DNA of 64,000 nucleotides, taken from contig NC_052167.1 of assembly GCF_902713615.1 (NCBI RefSeq), positions 14,915,983 through 14,979,982 on the forward strand, in the 5' to 3' direction. The notes beneath the pieces were generated by a model. The model saw only the letters and a program-made list of their open reading frames with translations, was not told the origin of the DNA and searched no databases. How positions within the stretch are numbered: the first letter of the stretch is position 1; the number at the start of each line of letters is the position of its first letter. The position numbers were made by a program, and so were the translations under genes. This DNA comes from Scyliorhinus canicula (Eukaryota). Shown in pieces: positions 25,085 to 36,590 of this stretch.

Positions 25085-25380
25085 GTAATCAGCAACAAAA
25101 GCTGACATAAATCAACCCAGATTGACAGGACTGACAAATAACTGATTGATTGCGGTTGGGGAAATTGACAGTTGGGGGTGGGGGTGTTGGATTGAAAGCA
25201 TGTGACATTGAGATCCCTCTCCGGATTGGCCTAATATCGTCACATGCTGGAGTCTAAAATTTCGCTTTCACACAATAACCAACAGACACACAAAAAAAGT
25301 TAACATCACATCCCCTTGACCCTCCAATCACCTCGGGGTTCAGTGTTCATTGTGCGATTTGATTGGAAGGCGGCAAAGGC
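25085..25380 (+). promoter_or_regulatory. ZNF503 proximal promoter with TALE/Hox motif cluster and CCAAT boxes
   Basis: ATAAATCA 25107-25114 (rc TGATTTAT), TGACAG 25123 and 25166, TGATTGATTG 25143-25152, several ATTGG/CCAAT. Confidence 0.6.
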
Positions 25381-25584
25381 TTTAATCTTAAAGTAATTCG
25401 GTGTTTGAAGTGTTGACGGCCAGATTGTGTGTTGCATGTTGTGTTGTGTGTAGCTAAGCGGTCGTGCTGCCTGTCTGATGAGCGCCGTGCAGGATTTGGG
25501 CAGGGACTCCAGTACCGTGAGTGAAAGCAACCACAGCGTCCTCGAACGGCACAGTCCCTCTTGGAGTGTTGGTTCAGTTAGGTC

Positions 25585-25824
25585 ATGATTACATCGCCTT
25601 CCGTCTCTACCCACAGAATTACAGCGACTGAAATCATCAAGAACAGCAGCAGAGGAAATAGTAGTAGCAAACCTTTTTACCACGCCGTACCTCCCTCAGA
25701 CCCTTCAAGACAAGCTAATCGTCTTCCTATCAAGGTTTTGAAAATGCTTACGGCTCGCACCGGACACATTTTGCACCCTGAGTACTTACAGCCTTTACCA
25801 TCTACGCCCGTAAGTCCCATCGAG
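25585..25824 (+). CDS. ZNF503: Zinc finger protein 503 (Nlz2, NET family) exon 1
   Basis: KPFYHAVPPSDPSRQANRLPIKVLKMLTARTGHILHPEYLQPLPSTPVSPIE is ZNF503-type rather than ZNF703-type; donor GAG|GTACGT. Confidence 0.96.
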
Positions 25825-26179
25825 GTACGTTACTTACGTTTTTATAGTTATGCCTGTACAGTACTATGTTTTATTATATCCATGAAACACGAAAGTTAGC
25901 GATTTTAAACGTACTGTACTTTATCCGTCGACCCCTTTTGTAAGAAACGATCGCTACAACATAATTTGAACACGTCGGGAAGAATATTAACCCACCAAGT
26001 TACCGCAAGGACAGTTATTGTTCAAAGATTGTTTAGCGTACGTTACTACAGCGTTGTTTTTCTCAGTTTAGTCGTCTAATGTGATAGTGTGAAGTATCTA
26101 TTATTGCAAGATTGAGATTGAAATAATACCTTTGAGAAACAGAACCATTTTTCATTTTTTAAATTTAATTTTATTTTAG

Positions 26180-27640
26180 CTCGATGCGAAGAAGAGTCCT
26201 TTGGCACTGTTGGCTCAAACATGTTCTCAGATTGGGAAGCCAGATCCCCCACCATCTTCAAAACTAACTTCTGTTACATCAAATGGTACAAGTGATAAAG
26301 ACTCTGGAAAACCTACTCCATTGAAACTTAGTGACATTGGTGTAGAAGACAAGTCGAGTTTTAAACCATATTCCAAACATACAGAGAAGAAGGATTCCGG
26401 TTCCTCGGGCTCTTCCGTTTCTGGGGAAAAGTCTGGTTTCCGTGTGCCTAGCGCCACCTGCCAACCATTCACACCAAGGACAGGCAGTCCAAATTCCAGC
26501 ACTTCTTCGCCGATGCCATCCGAGGGCAAAGGCAGTGACAGTCAGGAAAAGAAAGACATTGACACTGTAAAAAACAGCTCTACAGACAATTCCACGACCA
26601 CTAGCGTCAGCCACAACCGGATTAGTGTCAGTTGTGCTGGGATAAACGTGGAGGTGAATCAGCACCAGGAGACTTCAGTTTCAAAACCCATTATTTCGGA
26701 AACTTCAGCTCTGAGTTCTGGCCTTGTTGCCCCAGTTTCGCCGTATAAACCCGGGCAGACTGTCTTTCCTTTGCCTCCAGCTAGCATGACCTACCCAGGA
26801 ACTCTCGGAGCCTACGCCGGCTATCCTCACCAGTTTGTACCACATGGCGTCAGTTTGGATCATGCCAAATCCAGTCTAGTCGGAGCGGCTCAGCTGGCTA
26901 GTTCTTTAGGTTGTGGCCTCTCCAGTAAATCTACCGGTTCCAGCCCATTAGCCGGTGCCTCTCCACCCTCAATGATGACGGCCAGTCTTTGCAGAGATCC
27001 ATACTGTCTGAGTTATCACTGCGCTGCTCACCTTGCCGGGGCAGCCAACAATGCGTGCACCCATGATCCTACAGGTCTTAAGTCTGGATACCCTCTGGTT
27101 TACCCCTCCCACCCTCTGCATGCCGTTCACACGTCCATGTCCAGCAATGCTGGAACGCCAACCCTGGCAGGACACCATTTGTACCCTTATGGCTTCATGC
27201 TACCTAATGACCCCCAGCCTCATGTCTGTAATTGGGTCTCGGCCAATGGACCATGCGACAAACGATTTTGCACCTCCGAGGAACTGCTCAACCACTTGCG
27301 GACGCACACTGCTTTCTCCGGGACTGATAAGCTTATGGCCGGCTACCAAAATTCGTCTCTGGGCAGTGCTGCGGCGGCGGCAGCTGCAGCAGCCGTGGCG
27401 TGTCACATGCACCTCCCACCGACAGGGGCGCCTGGGAGCCCTGGTGGTCTCACACTAAGGAGTCCCCATGCTTTAGGACTCAGCAGCAGGTACCACCCGT
27501 ACACCAAGAGCCCCCTGCCGACCCATGGAGCTCCAGGGCCGGTCACCACTCTTCCAGTGCCGGCAACAGGACACTATTATTCTCCATACGCACTCTATGG
27601 CCAGAGGTTAACCACAGCTTCAGCACTGGGTTATCAGTGA
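26180..27640 (+). CDS. ZNF503: ZNF503 exon 2
   Basis: Acceptor ttattttAG|CTC. Contains Sp motif LDAKKSPLALLAQTCSQIGKPD, FKPY, Btd box CRDPYC, C2H2 finger CNWVSANGPCDKRF..ELLNHLRTH and C-terminus RLTTASALGYQ. Spliced CDS is 1701 nt (566 aa). Confidence 0.97.
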   Translation, partial: LDAKKSPLALLAQTCSQIGKPDPPPSSKLTSVTSNGTSDKDSGKPTPLKLSDIGVEDKSSFKPYSKHTEKKDSGSSGSSVSGEKSGFRVPSATCQPFTPRTGSPNSSTSSPMPSEGKGSDSQEKKDIDTVKNSSTDNSTTTSVSHNRISVSCAGINVEVNQHQETSVSKPIISETSALSSGLVAPVSPYKPGQTVFPLPPASMTYPGTLGAYAGYPHQFVPHGVSLDHAKSSLVGAAQLASSLGCGLSSKSTGSSPLAGASPPSMMTASLCRDPYCLSYHCAAHLAGAANNACTHDPTGLKSGYPLVYPSHPLHAVHTSMSSNAGTPTLAGHHLYPYGFMLPNDPQPHVCNWVSANGPCDKRFCTSEELLNHLRTHTAFSGTDKLMAGYQNSSLGSAAAAAAAAAVACHMHLPPTGAPGSPGGLTLRSPHALGLSSRYHPYTKSPLPTHGAPGPVTTLPVPATGHYYSPYALYGQRLTTASALGYQ

Positions 27641-28340
27641 GCACAGACATTCAAAGCTGCAATATGCGTTGCGATGAAGGCTTGTGTGGGTCCAATTTCA
27701 AAACCGTCAGAAATGTTTTTTTAAAATGTTGGACATAATTTCCTTCTGTTAAAATAATACCATCTGATTTTTTTAACGTGAAATCAGACATCTCAAATGT
27801 GAACCAATTAATGTACACGTAAAGATTTCATCTTGTCAATTTGTTTTGAAAATTAAGAAATGTAAATAGTTATTTTTCTTTGAAAGTTTTGAAATGCAAT
27901 CCAGGTAGCCCCACGCAAAGCAGATTGCAGTTTAATGGACCTTTGATGGTGTTCATCAATGGACGGGTTCCGTGAACGCTGTATTTATTTATGTTAGCTT
28001 CAAGCGGGGGAAAACATAACAAAGTGCATTACTTAAACAAAAAAAAAGATAGGTAACGTGGAACACAGTGTAGAAAAAATAGGGATTTTCCGAAGTTTCT
28101 TTTAAATTGCTATGATTGTATTGTACGTTCTTATTTAATGTCTCTTGGAAAAGAATTTACATGCATGTTTGTTACTAAATTCCAACTTGTCATTATAATT
28201 TCAAATTGCAATTATTTTTAAGGTGTACCATGGAAAGAGAATTGGTATTTTTTGTATGTATTCTGGAAATAAGAAGCAGTGCTATTCAAAAATATGACCG
28301 TCTTATTTTGTTATTAAATGAATACTTGATTACAAATTGT
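27641..28340 (+). other. ZNF503: ZNF503 3' UTR with putative poly(A) signal
   Basis: Pumilio element TGTAAATA 27861-27868, ARE-like TATTTATTTAT 27982-27992, ATTAAA 28313-28318. Confidence 0.55.
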
Positions 28341-30734
28341 AACTTCGGTTCGCATTATATAGGCTTTCATATGCGGTTTTGCTATTTTACGAGTTGTTTC
28401 CCATTTCTACAATTTTGCAGGGTTTTTTAGGGTGTTCCATTGTTGACCAAGGACTTGAGGAGGCAAATAAGTTTCGACGATTTTTAAGTATTTTAAATTT
28501 TATCTCTGCATTTATTTTATACTACTGTTAACCACATCGAATGCATGCTCCATATTTAGAATCTTAAAAGTCAATTAACATTTTTAACTGAAAATATTTA
28601 TCTGGAAAATTGTGAGCTCATGCATGCACCTCCACGGAAGCAGCAGAAAGAGCCGCACGAATTGTTCGCTTACATGTCCAAACTAATTATTGCTTTAAGC
28701 CACTGAAAAAATGGTCTGTTTTTACAATTCAGTTTATTGTCGATCTCTTCATAATGACGAATACATTTTTAAATAATACCACATGTTATCATTGAGACAA
28801 TATACCTTTAAATCTGGACGAAAACCAATACCGGGAAGTGATCAACCAAGATAGTACTACAAAAGCACAATTTCTCCCCCTTGTTGGTCACTTGATCTCG
28901 AATGTGACATTAGTTTTCATATATCTGGCGCAGGAGCATGTATGCAAATTACATACTTAGAATGTTAGACACGAATTAATGGTTTAAAATTTGAGTTGAC
29001 CCAGGTGACGGCAAGCTCCCCTTCCGACGTTTTTCTTTGAACGCAAGCTATTTCGGATAGGTAGATATCCTGCTCTAAATGAGATTTCCTTTTCTTCGAA
29101 CATATGTTTTTTTTAAAAATATGGAATCCATAGTTGGGCAAACAACGGAAAACCAAGTTTGTTAATGCTAAGAGTATTCCGCTTTTTATTGACTAACGCT
29201 AAGAAACTTGCATTGAAATTAAACTTGCCCGTGAGAAATAAATTTGCCATCAACTTTTATTAAAATAAGGTTTCTGAAATTGCTACTTTAAGCTAGATGA
29301 AGCAGTTTTTCTAAGGAATGTACACAAAAAGGTAAATGACTTGACACACACTGCAAATCGAACTATTAACAAAGACTCCACCTATATTAAATTTTTCTAA
29401 AGAAGCGTCTAATGGATGTGTAATGCTGTATGTACTTTGAGCCTCGTACAACTGCTCACTTTTTATTCTCAAATTCTCAAACAAGCACATGACACATAGC
29501 AGCTATTTACACCTGGGGTATTGGGCGTGTGCCCAAACATCCTATTATGGGAACTGACGTGAATCAAAGGAGTATTATTATGACGGATATACTGTACCTC
29601 TTTTATACATTAAACGATACGAAACTTATTTTCATCACTTCAAACTGTTGATTTTTTTTTGCAGAGCGAAGAAAGCAGGTGATACGGCATCGCATAGATA
29701 GGAACAATTGATTTTTTAATTTGCTATTGAACCACCTTCACGTAGTTATTTGTTCAGAGGTTCGTCAAGGCTGTTAGGTTTCTCCTTCCCTCGGCTTTTT
29801 GTCCCCGTAAAATAGATGATACAAACACTTCCTTTTTATAAATGCATCGTAAAATATAATCACTGTTCAAATTTGTTTCCCTGTGGGGGGAATATGTTAA
29901 TTGTGGCAGAACTTGTGCCCTCTAAATTAAACAAATTAACAGAAAAATATGTTTTTTGTGGCGAATACCCAAGCTTATTACTCAGTTCACTTCGATTTCT
30001 CGAAGTAAGCAGCTTTTGGCCTTAATAACATTTTTGTTTTGATATGTGGCTGTGTTCGTTTTTATTTGATTATTAAAAGTGCCTGACATTCGCTTTGGCA
30101 GCATGCAAATTGTCATTGGTAGAGGTTAGTCTGGTGGATTATTTACAATTCTTTCAGGTAACGTTTTTACATTTTTTAATTTGATGTCTTTTGGGGCCCA
30201 TCCGAGTTTTGTCAGAAGAATCTTTTGGGGCTTTAATCACGTTCGAAAATATTGGTGATGGGGCCTTGCGTGGTGGGCGGTTCACACTTAAATGGAGAGG
30301 TTATTGGGCATTGCTTTGTGTCTGAGCTGGACGGTCACAGATAGCAAAAGGGAAAGTGTTAAGAGTGAGTGCCGGAGTTTTTCTGGCTTCTTCTTGGCTA
30401 TGGCGCCGTCAGTGTGGATGCTTCCAAGAGGTGACAGCAGCCGCTGGTCGCCGTCAGCCGCACGAAGCGGATCAGAGAGCAGCCCAGCCTCTGGAGGACA
30501 AGCAGCAGACGGCGAATCACATCGGGGGACAGACAGGCGGCAGATATGCCGTCAGCTCAGCCTAAACATCCAACTAGGGAAGGCCAAAACCAGCAGCGTG
30601 CCTGCGGCCCGGACTGAGAGAAGCCCCTCCGCACACCGGCTCCATTCCCCACACCCGGAGGCTGCGGCACTGAAGCCGGAACGTGTGAAATCCCCGCAAC
30701 TTCCGCCTGGCGGGGCGGAGATTAGCTGTCCCAG

Positions 30735-32675
30735 GGGAGGTGGGGGGTCAGTGAATCAAACCCCGGGGAGGAGAGGTCAGTGAATCAAACCCCCGGGAGG
30801 GGTCAGTGAATCAAATCCCGGGGGGGGGGGGGGTCAGTGAATCAAACCCGGGGGGGGGGGGGTCAGTGAATCAAACCTTGGGGAGGGGGTCAGTGAATCA
30901 AATATCGGGGGGGAGGGGATCAGTGAATCAAACCCCGGGGAGAGGGGGGGGGGGGTCAGTGAATCAAACCCCGGGGGAGAGGAGGGGGTCAGTGAATCAA
31001 ATACGGGGGGGGGGGTGTCAGTGAATCAAACCCCGGGGATAGTGGGGGTGTCAGTGGATCAAACCCGGGGGGGGGAGGGGAGGGGGTCAAGAATCAAACC
31101 CCGGGGGGGCGAGGGGAGGGGGTCAGGTATCAAACCCCGGAGGGGGGGAGGGGGTCAGGAATCAAACCCCGGGGAGAGGGGGGGGGGTCAGTGAATCAAA
31201 TCCGGGGGGGGGGGAGAGGGGGGTCAGTGAATCAAACCCCGGGGAGAGGGGGGGGTCAGAGAATCAAACCCCGGGGAGGGGGGGGGGGTCAGTGAATCAA
31301 ACCCCGGGGGGAGGGGGGGTCAGTGAATCAAACCCCGGGGGGAGGGGGGGTCAGTGAATCAAACCCCGGGGGGAGGGGAGGGGGTCAGTGAATCAAATCC
31401 CGGGGGAGGGGGTGGGGGATCAGTGAATCAAACCCCGGGGAGAGGGGGGTGGGTCAGGAATCAAACCCCGGGGAGAGGAGGGAGGGTCAGTGAATCAAAT
31501 CCCGGGGGGTCAGTGAATCAAACCCCGGGGAGGGGGGTCAGTGAATCAAACCCCGGGGGGTCAGTGAATCAAACCCCGGGGAGGGGGGGGGGGTCAGAGA
31601 ATCAAACCCCGGGGAGAGGGGGGGGGTCAGGAATCAAACTCCGGTGGGGGGGGGGGTCAGTGAATCAAACCCCTGGGGGGAGGGGGGGTCAGTGAATCAA
31701 ACACCGGGGAGGGGGGGGGGTCAGGAATCAAACCCCGGGGAGAGGGGGGTCAGGAATCAAACCCCGGGGAGAGGGGGGGGGTCAGGAATCAAACCCCGGG
31801 GAGAGGGGGGGGGGTCAGGAATCAAACCCCGGGAGAGGGGGGGGGGGTCAGGAATCAAACCCCGGGGGGGGGGGGGTCAGGAATCAAACCTCGGGGAGAG
31901 GGGGGGGGTCAGGAATCAAACCCCGGGAGAGGGGGGTGGGTCAGGAATCAAACCCCGGGGAGAGGAGGGAGGGTCAGTGAATCAAATCCCGGGGGGTCAG
32001 TGAATCAAACCCCGGGGAGGGGGGTCAGTGAATCAAACCCCGGGGGGTCAGTGAATCAAACCCCGGGGAGGGGGGGGGGGTCAGAGAATCAAACCCCGGG
32101 GAGAGGGGGGGGGGGTCAGGAATCAAACTCCGGGGGGGGGGGGGTCAGTGAATCAAACCCCTGGGGGGAGGGGGGGTCAGTGAATCAAACACCGGGGAGG
32201 GGGGGGGGGTCAGGAATCAAACCCCGGGGAGAGGGGGGTCAGGAATCAAACCCCGGGGAGAGGGGGGGGGGGTCAGGAATCAAACCCCGGGGGGAGGGGG
32301 GGGGGTCAGGAATCAAACCCCGGGAGAGGGGGGGGGTCAGGAATCAAACCCCGGGGGGGGGGGGTCAGGAATCAAACCCCGGGGAGAGGGGGGGGGGGGG
32401 TCAGGAATCAAACCCCGGGGAGGGGGGGGGGTCAGGAATCAAACCCCGGGGAGAGGGGGGGTCAGGAATCAAACCCCGGGGAGAGGGGGGGGGTCAGGAA
32501 TCAAACCCCGGGAGAGGGGGGGTCAGGAATCAAACCCCGGGGAGGGGGGGGTCAGGAATCAAACCCCGGGAGAGGGGGGGGGTCAGGAATCAAACCCGGG
32601 GGGGGGGGGTCAGGAATCAAACCTCGGGGAGAGGGGGGGGGGGGTCAGGAATCAAACCCCGGGAGAGGGGGGGGC
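30735..32675. repeat. G-rich minisatellite, ~30-bp unit GTCAG(T)GAATCAAACCCCGGGGAGAG(G)n
   Basis: Roughly 60 tandem units with variable G runs. Confidence 0.95.
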
Positions 32676-33654
32676 ATGGACTTTCCCGCTTCAGCCCCAG
32701 CACGTGTGGAGCCGCGGGTCCGGCTCCCCTCCACCCGCTGTAAACCCGGTAGCCGGTCCCTCGCCACCCTGGCGCCCATTGTGACCCGGCCCATCGCCCA
32801 CAGCAGCGTTTCCCCCGCCAGCGGCTCCAAACCCAGCCGGCAATGGGAGGCCAAATGGGCCGACTGGCAGCTCCCGGGCCGGCGCCGGACTCCGGGACAA
32901 TCCAGATTCCTCAAGGAGGTTGCTTCTCATCGCTTTGGGGAACGGGCACGAAGGCAAATTATTCTTTTTTTCCTTCTACCCCGGTCCCACTGCAACGACG
33001 CTCTGTTAAAAATCGAACCAAATGTAAGCGGTTAATTTTCCGAAGCAACACCTTGGACAGTCTCCATCCCCGCCCCAACCAACCATTAACCGTCGTGTTT
33101 CAATACATCAACCGAACTGCATATTGCCACGAAAGACATTCCCGCCGTCAAGCAAAATGCACCAAACACATTCTCTCAACTTGTTCCCCAATTGTTCATT
33201 TACATTACGAAGACCGTCATTGGATTGTTTTGCTTTAAACCACAGTAAGACTTTGTACCTGGTTTCAGTGAGGCGACGCTCAACACCAGCCACGTTCCTC
33301 CGCAGATGTCATTGCTGAGTCCGTCTTCTCGGGCACGACTCTTGTTAGAATCCAAGGCCTTTCTACGGTTTGCCATTTTCAACACACCCGAGACAACACC
33401 AAGGGTTCTCGCTGACGCCTTCTTTCATGACCACCTCTTCGCCCATATTTGGATTCCACGGTTTGCGATACATTTTCAGAATCTCTGTTGCACTCTCCAT
33501 TCCCAAACCCCATAGGAATGGCAACGACCCACTGGCACACTCGACAGTTTCAACTCGTGACAACAGGTGGCCATTACTCGACCGATCACGAACACGCGCG
33601 ATATCCACTGGGCGCGGGTGAATAAACAAGTTAATGGCGCGAGGAGCAGGTGCT

Positions 33655-35650
33655 CAACCAGCGCGTGGTTGGCGGGTTGGAGCTCGCGGTTGGCGGTTGA
33701 AGCACGCGTTTGGCGGTTGAAGCACGCGGTTGGCGGTTTGGAGCTGACGGTTGGAGGTTAAAGCACGCGGTTGGCGGTTTGAAGCATGCGGTTGGCGGTT
33801 TGGAGCTCGTGGTTGGCGGTTGAAGCATGCGGTTGGCGATTAAATGAACGCGGTTGGCGGTTTGGAGCTCGTGGCTGGCGGTTGAAGCACGCGGTTGGCG
33901 GTTAAATGAACGTGGTTGGCGGTTTGGAGCTCGTGGTTGGCGGTTTGGAGCGCGCGTTTGACGATTTGGAGCTCACGGTTGGCGGTTAGGAGCACGCGTT
34001 TGGCAGTTTCGAGCTCACGGTTGGCGGTTTAGAGCTCGCGGTTGGAGGTTGAAGCACGCGGTTGGCGGTTTGGAGCTCGCGGTTGGAGGTTGAAGCACGC
34101 GGTTGGCGGTTTGGAGGACGTGGTTGGCGGTTTGGAGCTCGCGTTTGGCGGTTTGGAGCTCACGGTTGGCAGTTTGGAGCTCGCGGTTAGAGGTTGAAGC
34201 ACGCGGTTTGGAGGATGTGGTTGGCGGTTTGAAGCTCGCGGTTGGAGGTTGGAGCTCGCGGTTGGAGGTTGAAGCACGCGGTTGGCGGTTTGGAGCTCGC
34301 GGTTGGAGGTTGAAGCACGCGGTTGGCGGTTTGGAGCTCGCGGTTGGAGGTTGAAGCACGCGGTTGGCGGTTTGGAGGACGTGGTTGGCGGTTTGGAGCT
34401 CGCGTTTGGCGGTTTGGAGCTCACGGTTGGCAGTTTGGAGCTCGCGGTTAGAGGTTGAAGCACGCGGTTTGGAGGATGTGGTTGACGGTTTGAAGCACGC
34501 GGTTGGCGGTTTGGAGGATGTGGTTGGCGGTTTGGAGCTCGCGGTTGGAGGTTGAAGCACGCGGTTGGCGGTTTGGAGCTCGCGGTTGGAGGTTGAAGCA
34601 CGCGGTTGGCGGTTTGGAGGACGTGGTTGGCGGTTTGGAGCTCGCGTTTGGCGGTTTGGAGCTCACGGTTGGCAGTTTGGAGCTCGCGGTTAGAGGTTGA
34701 AGCACGCGGTTTGGAGGATGTGGTTGGCGGTTTGAAGCTCGCGGTTGGAGGTTGGAGCTCGCGGTTGGAGGTTGAAGCACGCGGTTGGCGGTTTGGAGCT
34801 CGCGGTTGGAGGTTGAAGGACGCGGTTGGCGGTTTGGAGCTCGCGGTTGGAGGTTGAAGCACGCGGTTGGCGGTTTGGAGCTCGCGGTTGGAGGTTGAAG
34901 CACGCGGTTGGCGGTTTGGAGCTCGCGGTTGGAGGTTGAAGCACGCGGTTGGCGGTTTGGAGCTCGCGGTTGGAGGTTGAAGCACGCGGTTGCCGGTTTG
35001 GAGGACGTGGTTGGCGGTTTAGAGCTCGCGTTTGGCGGTTTGGAGGATGTGGTTGACGGTTTGAAGCACGCGGTTGGCGGTTTGGAGCTCGCGGTTGGAG
35101 GTTGAAGTACGCGGTTGGCGGTTTGGAGCTCGCGGTTGGAGGTTGAAGTACGCGGTTGGCGGTTTGGAGCTCGCGGTTGGAGGTTGAAGCACGCGGTTGG
35201 CGGTTTGGAGCTCGCGGTTGGAGGTTGAAGCACGCGGTTGGCGGTTTGGAGCTCGCGGTTGGAGGTTGAAGCACGCGGTTGGCGGTTTGGAGCTCGCGGT
35301 TGGAGGTTGAAGTACGCGGTTGGCGGTTTGGAGCTCGCGGTTGGAGGTTTGGAGCTCGCGGTTGGAGGTTGAAGCACGCGGTTGGCGGTTTGGAGCTCGC
35401 GGGTGGAGGTTGAAGCACGCGGTTGGCGGTTTGGAGGACGTGGTTGGTAGTTAGGAGCACATGGTGCTTGCTTGTGTTCAAGCAGCGCGCGTGGTTGGCG
35501 GTTAGGTGCACCGGTTGGTGGTTAGATGAACGTGGTTGGGGATTAAGAGCATGTGGTTGACGGTTAGGAGCAGGTGCTTGACGTTAGGAGCACGTGGTTG
35601 GCGGTTAGATGCTCGCGGTTGGAGATTAGGAGCATGTGGTTGGTGGTTGC
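33655..35650. repeat. CpG-rich minisatellite, 41-bp unit built from 20/21-bp subunits
   Basis: GCACGCGGTTGGCGGTTTGGAGCTCGCGGTTGGAGGTTGAA in tandem; homogeneous core and degenerate edges. Confidence 0.95.
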
Positions 35651-35899
35651 TGGCTTCAGCTGCGCAATGGACAGTTAGTGAAAGCTCTGTTGTAGGTGCT
35701 GAAAGTTACACATCCAGAATTTTTAAATAACTTAGAAGCTGTACACACGGTTTACCACCTCTGCTTCACTAAAATAAACAATGACTAGAACATAGCATCT
35801 CCTCAGTGAAGGACGGATGAAATAGAGTTTTGAGCAAAATTTTACTTGCTCAGAATGGTGCATTGTTCTTCTGCATCTGGATATTTGCAAAAGAACATC

Positions 35900-36240
35900 A
35901 GAAAATTGTATTTATACAGCACATTGAATTTAACAAAATGTCTAATTTTCAATGAGATTATCAAAAAGGTTTGACACCAAGCCACATAAGGAGATAAGGA
36001 GATTTCACAGGGTGGTGGGGCTCGAGGAGATTACTCAAATAGGGAGCAGTGAGGCCATAGAGAAATTTTAAATTGGTGAGAGTTAAGATACTGACAGCAG
36101 AGTTTTGAATGACTTTTAAGTTTATGGAGGGTGGAAGCTAGTCAAGCCTAGAGATGACAAAGGCAAGAATGAGAGTTTAAAGAGCAGATGAATTGAGGTA
36201 GGGGTGGAGTTTGGCAATGTTATTGAAATAGAAATAGGCT
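35900..36240 (-). mobile_element. Old L2-like LINE fragment
   Basis: Degenerate L2-type 3' region, recognised by eye only. Confidence 0.4.
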
Positions 36241-36244
36241 ATAT

Positions 36245-36590
36245 CATAGAATTTAAAGTGCAGAAGGAGGCCATTCGGCCCATCGAGTCTGCTCCGGCTC
36301 TTGGAAAGAGCACCCTACCCAAGGTCAACACCTCCACCCTATCCTCATAACCCAGTAACCCCACCCAACACTAAGGGCAATTTTGGACACTAAGGGAAAT
36401 TTATCATATCCAATCCACCTAACCTGCACATCTTTGGACTGTGGGAGGAAACCGGAGCACCCGGAGGAAACCCACGCACACACGGGGAGAATGTGCAGAC
36501 TCCGCACAGACAGTGACCCAAGCCGGAATCGAACCTGGGACCCTGGAGCTGTGAAGCGATTGTGCTATCCACAATGCTACCGTGCTGCCC
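36245..36590 (-). mobile_element. HE1-like tRNA SINE, full length
   Basis: Reverse complement closely similar to the SINE at 16983. Confidence 0.9.

Noticed and set aside
25585-25899. 104-aa single-exon ORF, and the 479-aa ORF starting at 26201 as a separate gene
   Set aside because: The first reads through the intron donor at 25825; both are parts of spliced ZNF503
26227-27458. Antisense and alternative-frame ORFs within ZNF503 exon 2
   Set aside because: Shadow ORFs of a coding exon with no independent support
25585-27640. Assignment as ZNF703
   Set aside because: The residues KPF.HAVPPSDP, IKVLKMLTARTGHILH and QPLPSTP fit ZNF503, as does the LRMDA linkage
30735-32675. CRISPR-like repeat-spacer appearance
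   Set aside because: Spacers are just G runs, the context is eukaryotic, and there are no cas genes
30292-33035. Gly/Pro-rich ORFs over and around the G-rich array
   Set aside because: Translations of minisatellite or GC-rich DNA with no recognisable domain
34015-35511. Long minus-strand ORFs of 181-318 aa
   Set aside because: They arise because the 41-bp repeat lacks stops on that strand; they are open in several frames and purely periodic
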